NCBI GenBank assembly: GCA_002269645.1
Contig: NIVC01000321.1
Location: forward strand, 1 to 61,823
Source: Macrostomum lignano
Taxonomy: Eukaryota
Reading direction: 5' to 3'
Length of the DNA: 61,823 nt
Below the pieces are notes generated by a model. It was not told where the DNA came from and searched no databases. It saw only the letters and a program-made list of their open reading frames with translations. Below are positions 11,876-23,989 of the stretch, in pieces. Both the position numbers and the translations under genes were made by a program. Numbering within the stretch: position 1 is the stretch's first letter; every line of letters begins with the position of its first letter.

Positions 11876-11975
11876 TTTTCACCGCATCGATCCGATCCTG
11901 GCCAGTAGCCAGCCTTGAGCCAATCCGCAATTCTGGCGGCAGTTTCTGCTGAACAACTGCTTGCAGAGTTGGCAT
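11876..11975 (-). CDS. PIGW: PIG-W exon 1 (ATG at 11975)
   Basis: In-frame TAA just upstream, strong donor GTGAGT, 100 nt (phase 1) matches exon 2; sequence itself not recognisably conserved. Confidence 0.65.
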
Positions 11976-12390
11976 CGCACCTTAGAACTGAGCGTGCTTA
12001 TTACTGTCTCTCTCGTGAGAGTTATGTGTGGACCTAAAAACGCACACGAAATCCACGCACGCCTCCTTCTTGTAATATTTGATATATTTCGATACGGCAA
12101 ATAGGTTTAGGCCCTAGACAAACCTTTTGGATCGATTGGAGATTCAAAAAATATTAATTCTATTGCCTATCGCCGGTTGGCGAGTCCTACATATAAGTTC
12201 TTTCCGCTTCTTCCCTTCTTTGGCCCGAATTACTCGACTGAGAGCGCGTTTCTTGGCCGAGGCGCAGCCGAGGCCTAGAAGCGAGCTCGAAGCCGGGGAC
12301 TTTGGGACACAGACAGAAAGAAACGGAAACGGCCATAGACTAATTTCCTTTTACAGTTCTTTCTCGTGTTAAGTTTTTCGCCCCAATCCT

Positions 12391-12606
12391 TTTCATTGTT
12401 TAGCAATTTGACGATCATTATTCACATTTTTAATGCAGAACAATCCATTACTACAAACAATGCATTGTCTGTAGGATCGTCAAACAGAAAAACAATGCAA
12501 AGAATCAGCGGTCGCAGCACGTGACAACGATTTGTCTATGGCTCGCGCCTACCGGCGCTCGCCAGACAATCGTTGTCACGCACTGGGACCGCTGATTATT
12601 TATCCA
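12391..12606. repeat. 216-bp dispersed repeat with internal hairpin, copy 1
   Basis: Near-identical to 57131-57346; arms ATCAGCGGTC..GTGACAACGA and TCGTTGTCAC..GACCGCTGAT. Confidence 0.9.
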
Positions 12607-12783
12607 TTGTTAATTCATAAAATATAATGGCTATTCAACTCTTAAGTTTTCGTGTAGTTCACTATAGTGTAGTTCGTGTAGATTACTACAATCTCTTGAG
12701 GTCGTTCCGAGTCTTAGATTAAAGCTCGGATTTTTCACCTGCATTTATGTGATGGGTTTCGACCTTCTGGCCCCCTTTTGGGG

Positions 12784-15272
12784 AAGCCTTCGGGCCTTAG
12801 GTCTCAGAAATAAATCAATTAGAGTCCTGGCCCCCCACTCCTGTCAGATGGTCAGCCCCATGGTAGCTTGATCGTGTGGCCAGCAGTCTAGGTCCTATAG
12901 CTAAGAGAGGGATAGCGAGAGACAAGCAGGGAGAATTTTGAAGGTAGAAATTAGTTAATCCGCAGACTAAGCTAACTCGCTGCCACCAGCCCGTGCGTCC
13001 TGGCTCACCACACCGGGACTCTCGAAATCGGGCTTCCGACTATAGGGGGCTTTGCACTTACCTGCCAACTAGTGTCTTTGTGCTGTCTATCTCGAAGTCA
13101 TAGCCGATGATAAGGGACACTGCTGGGACTTGATCGCATTGGCCATGCAGGTACAGAGGGGACTTGTGCAGGGGATTCTTGCAGTGGCGAGTCTATGGGG
13201 TAGCTACATATACATGTAGCTACATTACGTTGCTAAATACGAGGAATTGTACTTTTGGCCTTCAACGCGCCAACTAGCCTCTCATAGCGCTGATGATAGA
13301 CTAACTCGAACTTCAGAGACCTCGCACGATTCATTACCCGAGCCGCTTGGCGAACCTAGAGTGCACAAAGTACATCTCTGGTGCCGATTCTGCACTTCTG
13401 GCAGTTTTGCTCACTGATTTGATTGATTGATCGACTGAGAACTGCTTTGCCATTGGTCCACTGTGACCGGCGCCTACTAGCTTAGCTACTCATCTGAGCC
13501 ATCGGCGAACAAAGAACTAAAACCGATAAAAATAACTGTTAGATTTAACCTTCTCCTCAAATCACTTCACACTTCAGATTGAATTGGAGTTTTAGACTAC
13601 TAGAAGTATTATTGAATGACTTCTGCCTCGATTACAGCACTACTGAACAAAATGAGCAAAAGTGTGCGCCTAATCCAGCTACTGAAACAGGGGACAGATA
13701 GGGGATCACCCAATCAAGCAAGTCTAGGCAGCCTCTCACCCAACCAATCAGAAACTAAACAGACGGAGACCAGGTAATCCACAGTGACCGAATCGGCTTA
13801 GTGCTTCGCAGCTGTAGGCCCGGGATGATGCTGATGTCACAATCTTCGCTGATAGCTAGCAGGTGATGCTCTTCACTTTGATGTTCGCTGCTGATGACCG
13901 GGGGGATTCGTCCTTGATGATGACGGGGGGAAGTCGCAATCCGGGGATCAAGAAACGACGGTCAGTCCCTGGCCGGTGGAGCCAAGGGTAGCACCCGGTC
14001 GCAAGGAAGGTTGTCGTCTGAACGGGCCAAAAACACCGCTTTAAATAGCCGCCAACTGGACCGCAGTTGGTTATAATGGAACACGTCGATTTTAATTGGC
14101 TGAGCCGATTTGTTAAAATGAGCGCCGAATTTTCTGATTGGCTAAGGTAGTTGCCACCCAAAATCACGTGACGGGAGATCCTATCAGTTCCCACAGGGTC
14201 GTAAAGAGATGACAAGTGCGGCCATAAATCACTCAAAATCGCAACAAAATGATTTATGACTTTTCGCGTAGACTTGAAAAAAATGAATGAAAAAATATAC
14301 ATTAGAAAGCTCTTATTAAATAGAAAGTGAAGATAATGAAGAGAAATCGCTAATCGCTAATCCCAAGGTACTTTTAGGGGTAAAACGCATAGCTGTCGAA
14401 GCTGTCACACGCTCGAGTGAACACGAACAATAGGCTCTGACCTCATAAATCTTGATGGCCTGTCAAAATGATGAGAAAAAAGCTACCGCCCGCATCCTCT
14501 CAGACCATCTGGCGCCTGCCTCAACACTGAGTGAGGCGCAGGTGGCTGTCAGACCAGCTTCGAAAGCGATGATATGACCCAAAAAGCTGCGTCTATGTTT
14601 ACTACTATAAGTATGACCAAATATTATGTCTAGTATAGATTCTATGACAATTCGCAAAAATGGATAAAAATGCCCATTGCCCACTGCAGGGGCGTAGCCA
14701 GGAATTTTGATTGGGGGGGGGGCGTGAGTTAGGGGGCGCCAGCTTCTTATAGGGGGGGGGGGCGCCAGCTTCTTATAGGGGGGGGGGCGCCAGCTTCTTA
14801 TAGGGGGGCGCCAGCTTCTTATATGGGGAGCGCCAGTTTCTTTTAAGGGGGCGCCAGTTTTTTTTCCTGGGCGCAATTTTTAGGAGGGAATGGCGCCAGT
14901 TTTTTTTAGGGGGCGCCAGTTTTAGGAGGGGGCGCCAGTTTCTTTTAGGGGGGGGGCGCCAGTTTCTTATAGGAGGAGGGCGCCAGTTTCTTTTAGTGGG
15001 GGGGCGCCAGTTTCTTTTAGTGGGGGGCGCCAGTTTCTTTTAGTGGGGGGCGCCAGTTTCTTTTAGTGGGAGGCGCCAGTTTCTTATAGGGGTGCCAGTT
15101 TCTTTTAGGGGAGGGAGGGCGCCAAGGCCAGAGTTGGTGATTGAGGGGGGCCACGGCCCCCCTTCCCCCCTTGCCCCCCCTTTGGCTACGCCCCTGGCCC
15201 ACTGTTAGTAGGCTAGTAAGTTTAGAGCCCATGTGCTAGCGCGGGATTAGGAAAAAAAGTGTGTCCTCATCA
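12784..15272 (-). mobile_element. About 2-kb LTR-like dispersed element, copy 1 (carries hAT MITE)
   Basis: Highly similar to 50133-52114; on minus strand E-box, two CCAAT boxes, then GCTATTTAAA TATA-like box (about 14040-14170); no TSD found. Confidence 0.6.
14687..15196. mobile_element. hAT-type MITE with G-rich internal tandem repeat
   Basis: TIR CAGGGGCGTAGCCA/TGGCTACGCCCCTG; 8-bp TSD GCCCACTG at 14679-14686 and 15197-15204; empty site at 52040-52047. Confidence 0.93.
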
Positions 15273-15528
15273 TATTCATAATTTAGGGTCGACCTTCGTT
15301 GAACTAAAACCGGTGATCAGGTCAAGAAGGAACTTTATCATTTGACAGGTCGGGGTTTTCGATAGAAAAGGGGGAAACTTATGTCGCATTCAGGTTAACA
15401 TTTACCGTATTTGGAAATTCTAGCATAGATCGATGTTGCGAGTCTTTTTTTGAACTATAGAGAATGATCACTCGCTGTTTTCGTGATATTGCTGGTATTA
15501 CTAAAAGTATGGCGCATGCTGTTTTTAA

Positions 15529-17509
15529 AGAGGATGTGAACTTAAGCGCGATTTGGAAGCCGTGAGTCCAGCAACCAAACCGCTGCGAAATTCTCACTAT
15601 TCAGACCCAAAATAGACAAGAAAAGCGTAATTAATCTTTCTTCCACCCCGGCCACTTTTGCATGGGATAAATGGGGATAAATGGGGATTTCATGTGAACT
15701 TAAGGCTCTGAAATGGAAGCGGTGGCCGATTGACCCGGTGTCTCTATCGGAGCTCTCTACTGGACCGACAATGAGAGTAGAATTGTTGAAAACCGCATCT
15801 CTCTATCATTTGGTCTCCCTGAATGGGATAAATGGGGAAAATGGGGATTTCATGTGAACTTAAGGCTCTGAAATGGAAGCGGTGGCCGATTGACCCGGTG
15901 TCTCTAACGGAGCTCTCTACTGGACCGACAATGAGAGTAGAATTGTTGAAAACCGCATCTCTCTATCATTTGGTCTCCCTGAATGGGATAAATGGGGAAA
16001 TGGGGATTTCATGTGAACTTAAGGCTCTGAAATGGAAGCGGTGGCCGATTGAGCCGGTTTCTCTATCGGATCTCTGTACTGGACCGACAATGAGACAAGA
16101 ATCGTTGAAAACCGCATCCCTCTTGCGTTTATGATTTTTTACGGGCCATATTTTGAGTACTGATGGGATTATACATTAGTAGGCAAGATAGGCTGACAGA
16201 GATGCCGAGGGTGCTGTGCCTTTGTAATCATATGCCTAAATCTTATGGACCTAATATTGAAATCCTCATTAATCGAGGCAGCCTCATTATATCCCGCACC
16301 CATGTGCACGTAATTCTTGGCTAGCCAATATAATTTTATAATGAATGTTCTTCACTTTTTGTTGGCCTGACACCTTGAACTTTCTTTTTGCTGGGCAACG
16401 AGCATTTAAGTATCGATTACGCAATCTGAATCCCGCAGCCATATGTGCACTGCATGTACATTTGCATGGCCGACGCTGAGTGTGTTAATAATGCTGCGAT
16501 TATCATTATAAAAGTGTTGAAGTATTTGGGCAGAAAGTTATTTTATATGTCAAAAAAGCTTGTCAGTAGCCTTCAAGACAGCATGCTGGACTCTAAAGTG
16601 CGTGACCATTAGCCATTTATATTTCGAAATCTATGCGTGCAATAATTTGGTGATGCACATTTTCTGATCGACTCTTGCGGCTCTTTTCAATCTATGTACG
16701 AGAACTTAGCTTTGTCATGGACTGGGCATGCCATCGATGTGGTAAACAGTTCAGCACTGAATTGAACCTCAAGAAACATCAGCAGACAACCAGGTGTTCG
16801 GTTTTAAAGGAATCGACTTCATTGGCTCGTGCAAGTCATTTGCAGATGTGAGAGATGCGCTGCAGCGTTCTCCAACCAAGTTTAAAAAGTTTTTTAACCC
16901 GAATCTTTTTCCTGAAGTTTTGGCTGACAACGTCTTCAACGATTCTTGTCTCATTGTCGGTCCAGTAGAGAGATCCGATAGAGAAACCGGGTCAATCGGC
17001 CACCGCTTCCATTTCAGAGCCTTAAGTTCACATGAAATCCCCATTTTTCCCCATTTATCCCATTCAGGGAGACCAAATGATAGAGAGATGCGGTCTTCAA
17101 CGATTCTTGTCTCATTGTCGGTCTAGTAGAGAGATCCGATAGAGAAACCGGCAACAATCGGCCACCGCTTCCATTTCAGAGCCTTAAGTTGACATGAAAT
17201 CCCCATTTTTCCCCATTTATCCCATTCAGGGAGACCAAATGATAGAGAGATGCGGTTTTCAACAATTCTACTGTCATTGTCGGTCCAGTAGAGAGATCCG
17301 ATAGAGAAACCGGGTCAATCGGCCACCGCTTCCATTTCAGAGCCTTAAGTTCACATGAAATCCCCATTTATCCCATGCGGAAGCGGCCGGGGTGGAAGAA
17401 AGATTAATTACGCTTTTCTTGTCTATTTTGGGTCTGAATAGTGAGAATTTCGCAGCGGTTTGGTTGCTGGACTCACGGCTTCCAAATCGCGCTTAAGTTC
17501 ACATCCTCT
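15529..17509. mobile_element. Non-autonomous DNA transposon with long TIRs containing about 160-bp subrepeats, Kolobok-like
   Basis: Left end TTAA-AGAGGATGTG, right end CACATCCTCT-TTGT; arms about 15529-16110 and 16940-17509 are inverted copies. Confidence 0.7.
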
Positions 17510-20500
17510 TTGTATTCGTACCGTTATCCAAAGACCACTGGTCCTTGATTTTATCTTACTGCTTCTAGTAGTCTACTTTGTTTTGAAAATCTCTACAAGA
17601 GAAGAGACAAGATGAGAGGAGAGAGGAGAGAGATGGGATGAGAGATCGATGAGAGAGGAGAGTGAGAGAAAAGAGAGAGAAGACAGCTGAGAAGAGACAC
17701 CAACCTTGATCGGGCCAGATTGCTAATTGTACAGTTTCAAAGCAAGACGGCCGAATTGAGCGGGCTGGAATTTGCCGACGCGACCCCTCCTTGCACCAAC
17801 AATAAAGCAATCTTGGAATTTTTAATTTCAAAATTAGTTTTCAGTTAATAAATTAAATCTTACTCGACGCTAAAAAGAGTGTATATATTCACTAATAAGA
17901 TAGATGACGTCGGTCAATTTTGTTGAAGTTACTGACGATTGTTTTAAATTTTGAATATCATCCACCCTGCCAAAATTAATTAATTAAATTAAAACATTAT
18001 AGCTGGTCGGAAAAACGGAAACCTAACTCCCCCTGATGGCTGCGATGGAGAAGAATGAAGTATTCTTTCAATGATAATAAAATAAAATGATTTTATTTTA
18101 TTTTAGACTTTATTACCTAATAAAATAAGAAGACATAAGAATAAGACACATTCGACACTTATATAGACACCTAATTGTTTTTATAAATTTATTGTTTTTA
18201 GGCTTTAGAAAAAAAACATTGATGCTTACATTATTCTACTCTCCTTATGCTACTCTTATCTTTTAACAACATATTTCTGTGGCTAGCTGGAAATTATTGA
18301 TTGTTGATAGATATTGATATTTATCAAAGCCATGGGCATAGGCCTAGTTTTTTATTTTTAACTCTTTTGTTTTCTAAATTTACACATATTTCTTGCAACC
18401 TCTGCAATATATTTGCCTGTTGGTGAACTAGGAACGTAAGAGCAGCGGAGCGTTACCTATTCTAGCTTGCCACTTAGAGCAATGAAGTGCACAACAAGCC
18501 CCATGACTTCAAATTAACTGCAAGCCTGTCTAGCCATCTATGCCAAGGCCATAAGAGTGAAAGATATATGATCTTTTAGCATATTCTTAACTGATTGGCA
18601 AACAGAATTGTATAGTTAATAGCTGTGGTACAGCAACCTTCACCATATAGATAGTTGGCAGAAGAATAAGCCTAGAGTAATATAATATAGGATAGGAAAT
18701 GCTTTGCCAATAGGCCCCCTAATCTTAAGAATCTAAATCACTCAATTAGACTAAATGACTTCCTATCAAATGCAATCAATAAGCTCAGCTATAAAAAAGG
18801 GTAGGTGGGAAAGGGTAGGCCTATTTTATAAGTCAATTTGAATTTATAAGACAATTTATAGTAAATTTTTAGACCAAGTCTTTTGACAAAAAATTATTAG
18901 TCAGATTAGAGACTAGTAATAGATTTACCAAGGTTGCTTTGTAACTCTGGCCTTTAGTTCAAGGTCATTTGCTAGCCATTTTTTATTTGGCCTTAGATTG
19001 GCCTAGAAACAATGTAGATATAAGCTGCTGCTAGTGTTACTGCAGTGGTATTTCTTGGGTATAACTAAAGTTGGCCTTGCACTTTGGTATTATAAAGCAA
19101 GTAAGTTAGTGACAAAGCTAATGAAAAAATTTTTAATGTTAGTCCTATCTTATTGGTAAATAGCAACATAGCTTCAGTTTTAGCAATGGCATTGTTCTGT
19201 TATTTATTTTGCTTGTTATCAACTTTTTTTATTTGTTTGAGCAAGTTAAAGGCTTCAATATAATAGCTCCTCAAATGAGACCATACTTCTATTAATAGTA
19301 AGGTGGGGGTGGAGAAAAAAATGGGGGAGGGTCACAGTGGGCAGTTTCTAATGTTTGAATTGCCGCCTGCATTGTCTTGGTACTCGTAAAACTGGAATTA
19401 TTACCATAAAACTTGAATTACTTTCTCCATTGGATACTCCGTCTGCTGGGTCCTCAATTCCAAGGGGGAGGATAGTTTTAATCGTAGTCAAGCAGTCTTT
19501 AGCAAGCATAGTCATTCAGATAGTAGACTCAATGGTCTAGACACCACAATTCTGTTTTCTGAGTTTTCTGAATTGATTACTTTTAGTAGAGTAACATTGC
19601 TACCACCGTAATTTACATATTATGGAACATTGAGATCTCAGGGCTCGTTTGAAGTTGAGACTAAGTCAGTTGTTTTTTATGCCCCAAAGGCAAATAACTC
19701 AAGATAAACTATTAAGGGCTTTAATAGATTAGTGAAATTAAGTAGAAAGCAGGTCACCAAATTATTTATTATTTTGCCAACAGATGTTTTAGCTACAACA
19801 AAGGGTAATCTAGCTATGCCAAGATGTAGAATAATTAGTAAATTTAATTAACAGCGGTCGCTATTAACAGTTTAAACAAAATGCTAGAAAGAGAGTACAA
19901 AACACAACCAAAGAGCCACAAAAAAAAAGGAGAAAGGAAAAGGAGGAAAAGAAAACGATGACAATGTATGCCATAAAGGTGGCCAGGACAGCTATATAAA
20001 TAATAACAACAAGCGGCGCCAAGCAAGCAGGGCAACCAGCAGGTCAACCAAGGGAAAAGGTGCCTATGGGAGGGGTCAACCCAAGGATTCTCATAGAAAA
20101 ACGGTAAAAAACAGAAAAAAACACAGGATGGGGCAGCAAGGGGAATAGCCTCAGGAACAAGGACAAGACAGGGAGAGACAAATGATAGGACAGGCGATGA
20201 CGACAAAATTTTGTTATCAAAAAGGGAAAGAAATGGTTTCGTGGAAAATTAATGCCAAAAATAAACAGTCAAAAGACTTAGTGGTAGACTGCACTACCAC
20301 AATAGCCTTAGCTTATTGGGTCTTGGGTGCCACAGTTAATAGTCACTTTGGAAACTACTTTTATCAAGAAAAGCAAATATAGTGCTCAATTTATAATAAA
20401 AAAGGCAATCATAAAAGCCAAAGGCATATTTCTATACAGTATATAAAGCAAAAATGTTTATGGCATATGCTATTGATGAAATTGTTTCTTAGGCACATTA

Positions 20501-21260
20501 TAATTGAAAGGAAAAAGAAAAGTAATATGGTAATAGTAAATTAAATGCTACAGATATGAAGCAAATAATAAGCAAAATTCTACAAAAATAATGTCAATAA
20601 TAAAGTATTATTACAAATGTCAATATAAAACCTTAGTTCAGAAATGGTAGTTTTGTGAGAGATCTCAATATTCTAACTAGCCCAGTTAGGGAAATACCTA
20701 GGTGCACCTCAATGTTGATGAGTTTTTGCTGGATTGGCTTATTGGCTAGCATAAAGGTCATCTTGAAATTGATCAATGGCATACTATAGCATGGCACTAG
20801 CTTCCTCTTGTGATAGCCATGTTTTTAGTTGCCATAGGCTTGGCTAGAGATAGGCCTACTGTGGCAGAGCCTGATTGAGATAAAGATATGCGATTCTTTT
20901 AAGTACACTCAAATGCTGTGCACTATTTTGAGTATGATGCTGTGCATATTAATGAGAGCTAGTGCTATCTTATGATAATCTCGGGTTATGGCTTTCTTCA
21001 CTATGCAACTGTGGGTTGTTAATAATGCAAGGCATCCAAAACTAACTTGGCAATAAATAGTCAATCAAGCACAGCAGTTAGAAAATAAAATTAGATAATA
21101 TATTAAAAATCAAATTGGTGGTAAAGGCAAAAAATGAGCATCTGAATAAGTCATATAAATAGTCATAAGCAGTGCACCATGCCTTTCAAATATAATATTT
21201 CTTTCATGCTAAACAATTTTCCTATCATATCAATAAGCAACAACTTTATCTAATTGCTGC

Positions 21261-22270
21261 TGAAATAGATGCTGATTTCTTCCCGGATTAGGCCCTTGTG
21301 GATTACCTTAAATCTCGAGCCTCTTCAGAGGGAAGTTCTCTTAAATCTCTCAGTAGCGTAGGTAGTGCTGCCACCAGTTCCTTCAGGTTTCAGCCTTCGG
21401 TGAGGTGAGCTTCCCGTCGGAACAAAATAATGAAGTCAACAAACACAGCACTGCGTGCAGATTTAGAGCGCAACAAATAGGGCGTCTTGTCAGCAGTACC
21501 TGCCAGGCTAGGATGGTAGAGGGGGGGCTGAGTTAGCCTCTTGTAGACTTGGGTTGACTTGGTCGGGTTTCAGTCGGAGCAATAGAAATAGAATCGATAT
21601 GCGCAAAGGCTTGGACACTTGGGATTTAGTTACACGCAGACGTAGAACTCGAGGTTGAACAGAAAGAAGCCTCCTTGACGGAAACAAGGGGGAGAGAGCT
21701 CTTATTTATAGCTGGGAAACTCCCGCGCTCAAGACCTCGTGACTTGTTCTATTTTTAGAACTGACATCACTCGAGAATCTCGGGCAGGGTACAAGCGCAC
21801 GGAAGACCTCGTGACTTGTTCTATTTTTAGAACTGACGTCACTTGAGGGTCCCCCGGCAGAGTGCACATGGCTGTGACTCAGTTGCTATTTTTAGCAACA
21901 TGAGTCACTCCTCTCCTTAGAAAAGGGAGGGGTCCGAAAGCATGTGACTCATCCAGTAAACAGGGCCAGCAAGTGCAGTAAACATGTTTACTGCACTTTG
22001 AGACTCAGAGAACGCAGAAACTGTCATGTGACCAGCTCACAAGACAGGGAGACAGAGACTGACGAAACAAGGACAGCCCGCAACAGAGAAGTTGCGGGCT
22101 GAGAAATGCAGGGCAACATGGGCAGAAGAAAGGGAGGGGGCAGCAACAGACAGCCAAGAGGAGGGAAGCGGGAAGCTGCCCAGCGGCAGACAGCAACCCA
22201 GGGCAAGGGCGAGGGCAAGGGCAACTGCTAACAAAGTGGGACGCCTAACATTAACTAGCGGATCACTACA
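21261..22270 (-). repeat. 3' LTR (1010 bp, two copies of the 72-bp motif)
   Basis: TG..CA ends; adjacent PPT GAATGGGGAGAG at 22271-22282. Confidence 0.97.
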
Positions 22271-22779
22271 CTCTCCCCATTCAAATGAAGAGGCGGAGTG
22301 AAAGCGAAGCGCGCTTTATTTAAGAAAATAGAAATCATTCATTTACTAAAAAAAATTACAAGTGTGGCAAAAAGATGGCGAATTTCACACGGCTGGCAAT
22401 GGCTGGGCTAGGGCCGGGATTGCAGCCCAAAATTTGGTGAATGCGAGTGGGGGGTGCCAGCCCCTGAGAAAAGGCGCCTAAATAGGCAGGTTGCACTCAA
22501 ATAATGGCAGAGCCCGGCCAAAGATGAAAATTAGAGATTTATCAGGCTGCATAAAAGAGGGCCACACAGGCCAAATGTCGAGCGGCTGGGCGAGGGCCAG
22601 TGTGTCACCCTAATGCATGTGGGGGCGCCGGCCCGCGAAATGCAAGGCGCCTAAATATGATTAAACGCAGAAGAAAAGGGGGGGCAATAGCACCAAATGG
22701 GGACGGAACAATCCGCGGACCCCTAAAGGGTATTGGGATTGGTCTTAGATTGTCCCGGACTACAGTTCGTCCTTAAATT

Positions 22780-23970
22780 TCAGAAATTTGGCCCGCGCTG
22801 GGCGAACACCCCCGGCAATTCCGGTGTACGGCCGGCGATCTCCTGGGCAATGGCCAGAGCGACATCGTGGGCAGCGGGCCTGTGCCTCGATCGCACTAGC
22901 TCCGGGCCGGCGATTACCGCGGCCTGGTCGAGGACGGCCTGTCGCTCCTCGTCAGCAAACGCACGCAGCCAGCGCAGCTCTGGCCAGTCAGCGGGTCTCG
23001 GTTGTGTGCCATCCCGGGCCGCTGCGATCAACCAGGCGGCCACTCGGGAGGTCGCTTCTTCGATCATCCGCCGCCGCTCGTAAACGTCCGTGGAGCCGCC
23101 TACCAGCTCAAAGCCAGTCCCGGTCGTCTGGACGGCCGCGTCCGTCGTGCCTGCCCGAGCCGATGCTAGTGGGAAAGCTGCCTGCAGTTCAGCAGCCAGG
23201 TGGCTCCACGAGTATTCCGGCAGGCTGCTGGCACCTTCCGAGGCGATGCTGACTGGAGAGTTGGGCGGAGCAGGCGGATATGCGGCCTGCAACTCGCTCG
23301 CCAGGTTCTGCCATCCATGGAGTGGCAGGCTGTCCTCCACGTGGGTGTAGTCGGTCTGAATGCCAGCCTCCAGCGACTCCGGCCACAGGTCCTCGGCCAA
23401 CGTAGGCAGCAAGGGCGTGCTGATGCTATTGGGCGGAGAAGCCGGGACCAGCAGCAAGTCCGGGCCAACGAAGCGCCAAGCCGTAGCCTCCGTAGCCTCC
23501 GTAGCCTCCGTCGGCGGCGTCGGTTCAGCCTTGACCTCCCGCTTGATGACCTGCGGGTAGAAGGGGGCTGCCGACGGCTGAGCCGTCAGCTGCTGTCGTG
23601 CGCGGGCCAGGCCGCTGTCGATCTCTTGGCGGATGGCCGCGCTCCCAGCGTTGAAGCTGCGGGGAGAGGCGACCTGAAGCCGCCGGACAGGTGTTGGCTC
23701 TCGCCGCTCAGGCGGCGGAGAGCGTCGGCTCGGCATTGGAGCTGACAGTCGGCTCGCCGGGCGGCTGCCCAACCGCAGGTGCACAGGCACGCGAGCCGCG
23801 TCTGAAGGGCCGCCAAAGGGCTCAAACTGGCCGGCTGCTGCCCCGATCGGCCGGAGAGTAGCAGATGGCACCGGCATATCACCCGAGCGAGGTCGGCGGA
23901 TATCGCGGCGTTCTTCGCTGTCACTAGGCGGCGAGCGCTCAATGCGTTTGGTTGGTTTGCGCGGGTGCAT
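22780..23970 (-). CDS. Extra 396-aa ORF between integrase and 3' LTR, unknown function
   Basis: Uninterrupted ATG ORF, same strand as pol; basic/Pro-rich N-terminus, helical-looking C-terminus, no TM segment seen. Confidence 0.65.
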   Translation of the reverse strand: MHPRKPTKRIERSPPSDSEERRDIRRPRSGDMPVPSATLRPIGAAAGQFEPFGGPSDAARVPVHLRLGSRPASRLSAPMPSRRSPPPERREPTPVRRLQVASPRSFNAGSAAIRQEIDSGLARARQQLTAQPSAAPFYPQVIKREVKAEPTPPTEATEATEATAWRFVGPDLLLVPASPPNSISTPLLPTLAEDLWPESLEAGIQTDYTHVEDSLPLHGWQNLASELQAAYPPAPPNSPVSIASEGASSLPEYSWSHLAAELQAAFPLASARAGTTDAAVQTTGTGFELVGGSTDVYERRRMIEEATSRVAAWLIAAARDGTQPRPADWPELRWLRAFADEERQAVLDQAAVIAGPELVRSRHRPAAHDVALAIAQEIAGRTPELPGVFAQRGPNF

Positions 23971-23989
23971 TTCTGCGCTGGAATGCGTT

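Noticed and set aside
13890-13930. CTGATGA as a hammerhead ribozyme core (Penelope-type pLTR)
   Set aside because: No correctly spaced GAAA or pairing stems found by eye
15832-17367. Repeated ORFs MGISCELKALKWKRW
   Set aside because: Translations of the 160-bp TIR subrepeat on both strands; no protein signature
18400-21250. Attempt to assign the AT-rich tract to a transposase or RT family
   Set aside because: No convincing motif in any frame by eye; reported only as a compositional anomaly
22005-22301. Short ORFs inside the LTRs (also 30965-31243)
   Set aside because: Low-complexity LTR sequence with no coding evidence
22780-23970. Extra Gypsy ORF as env
   Set aside because: No signal peptide, TM helix or furin-fusion pattern seen
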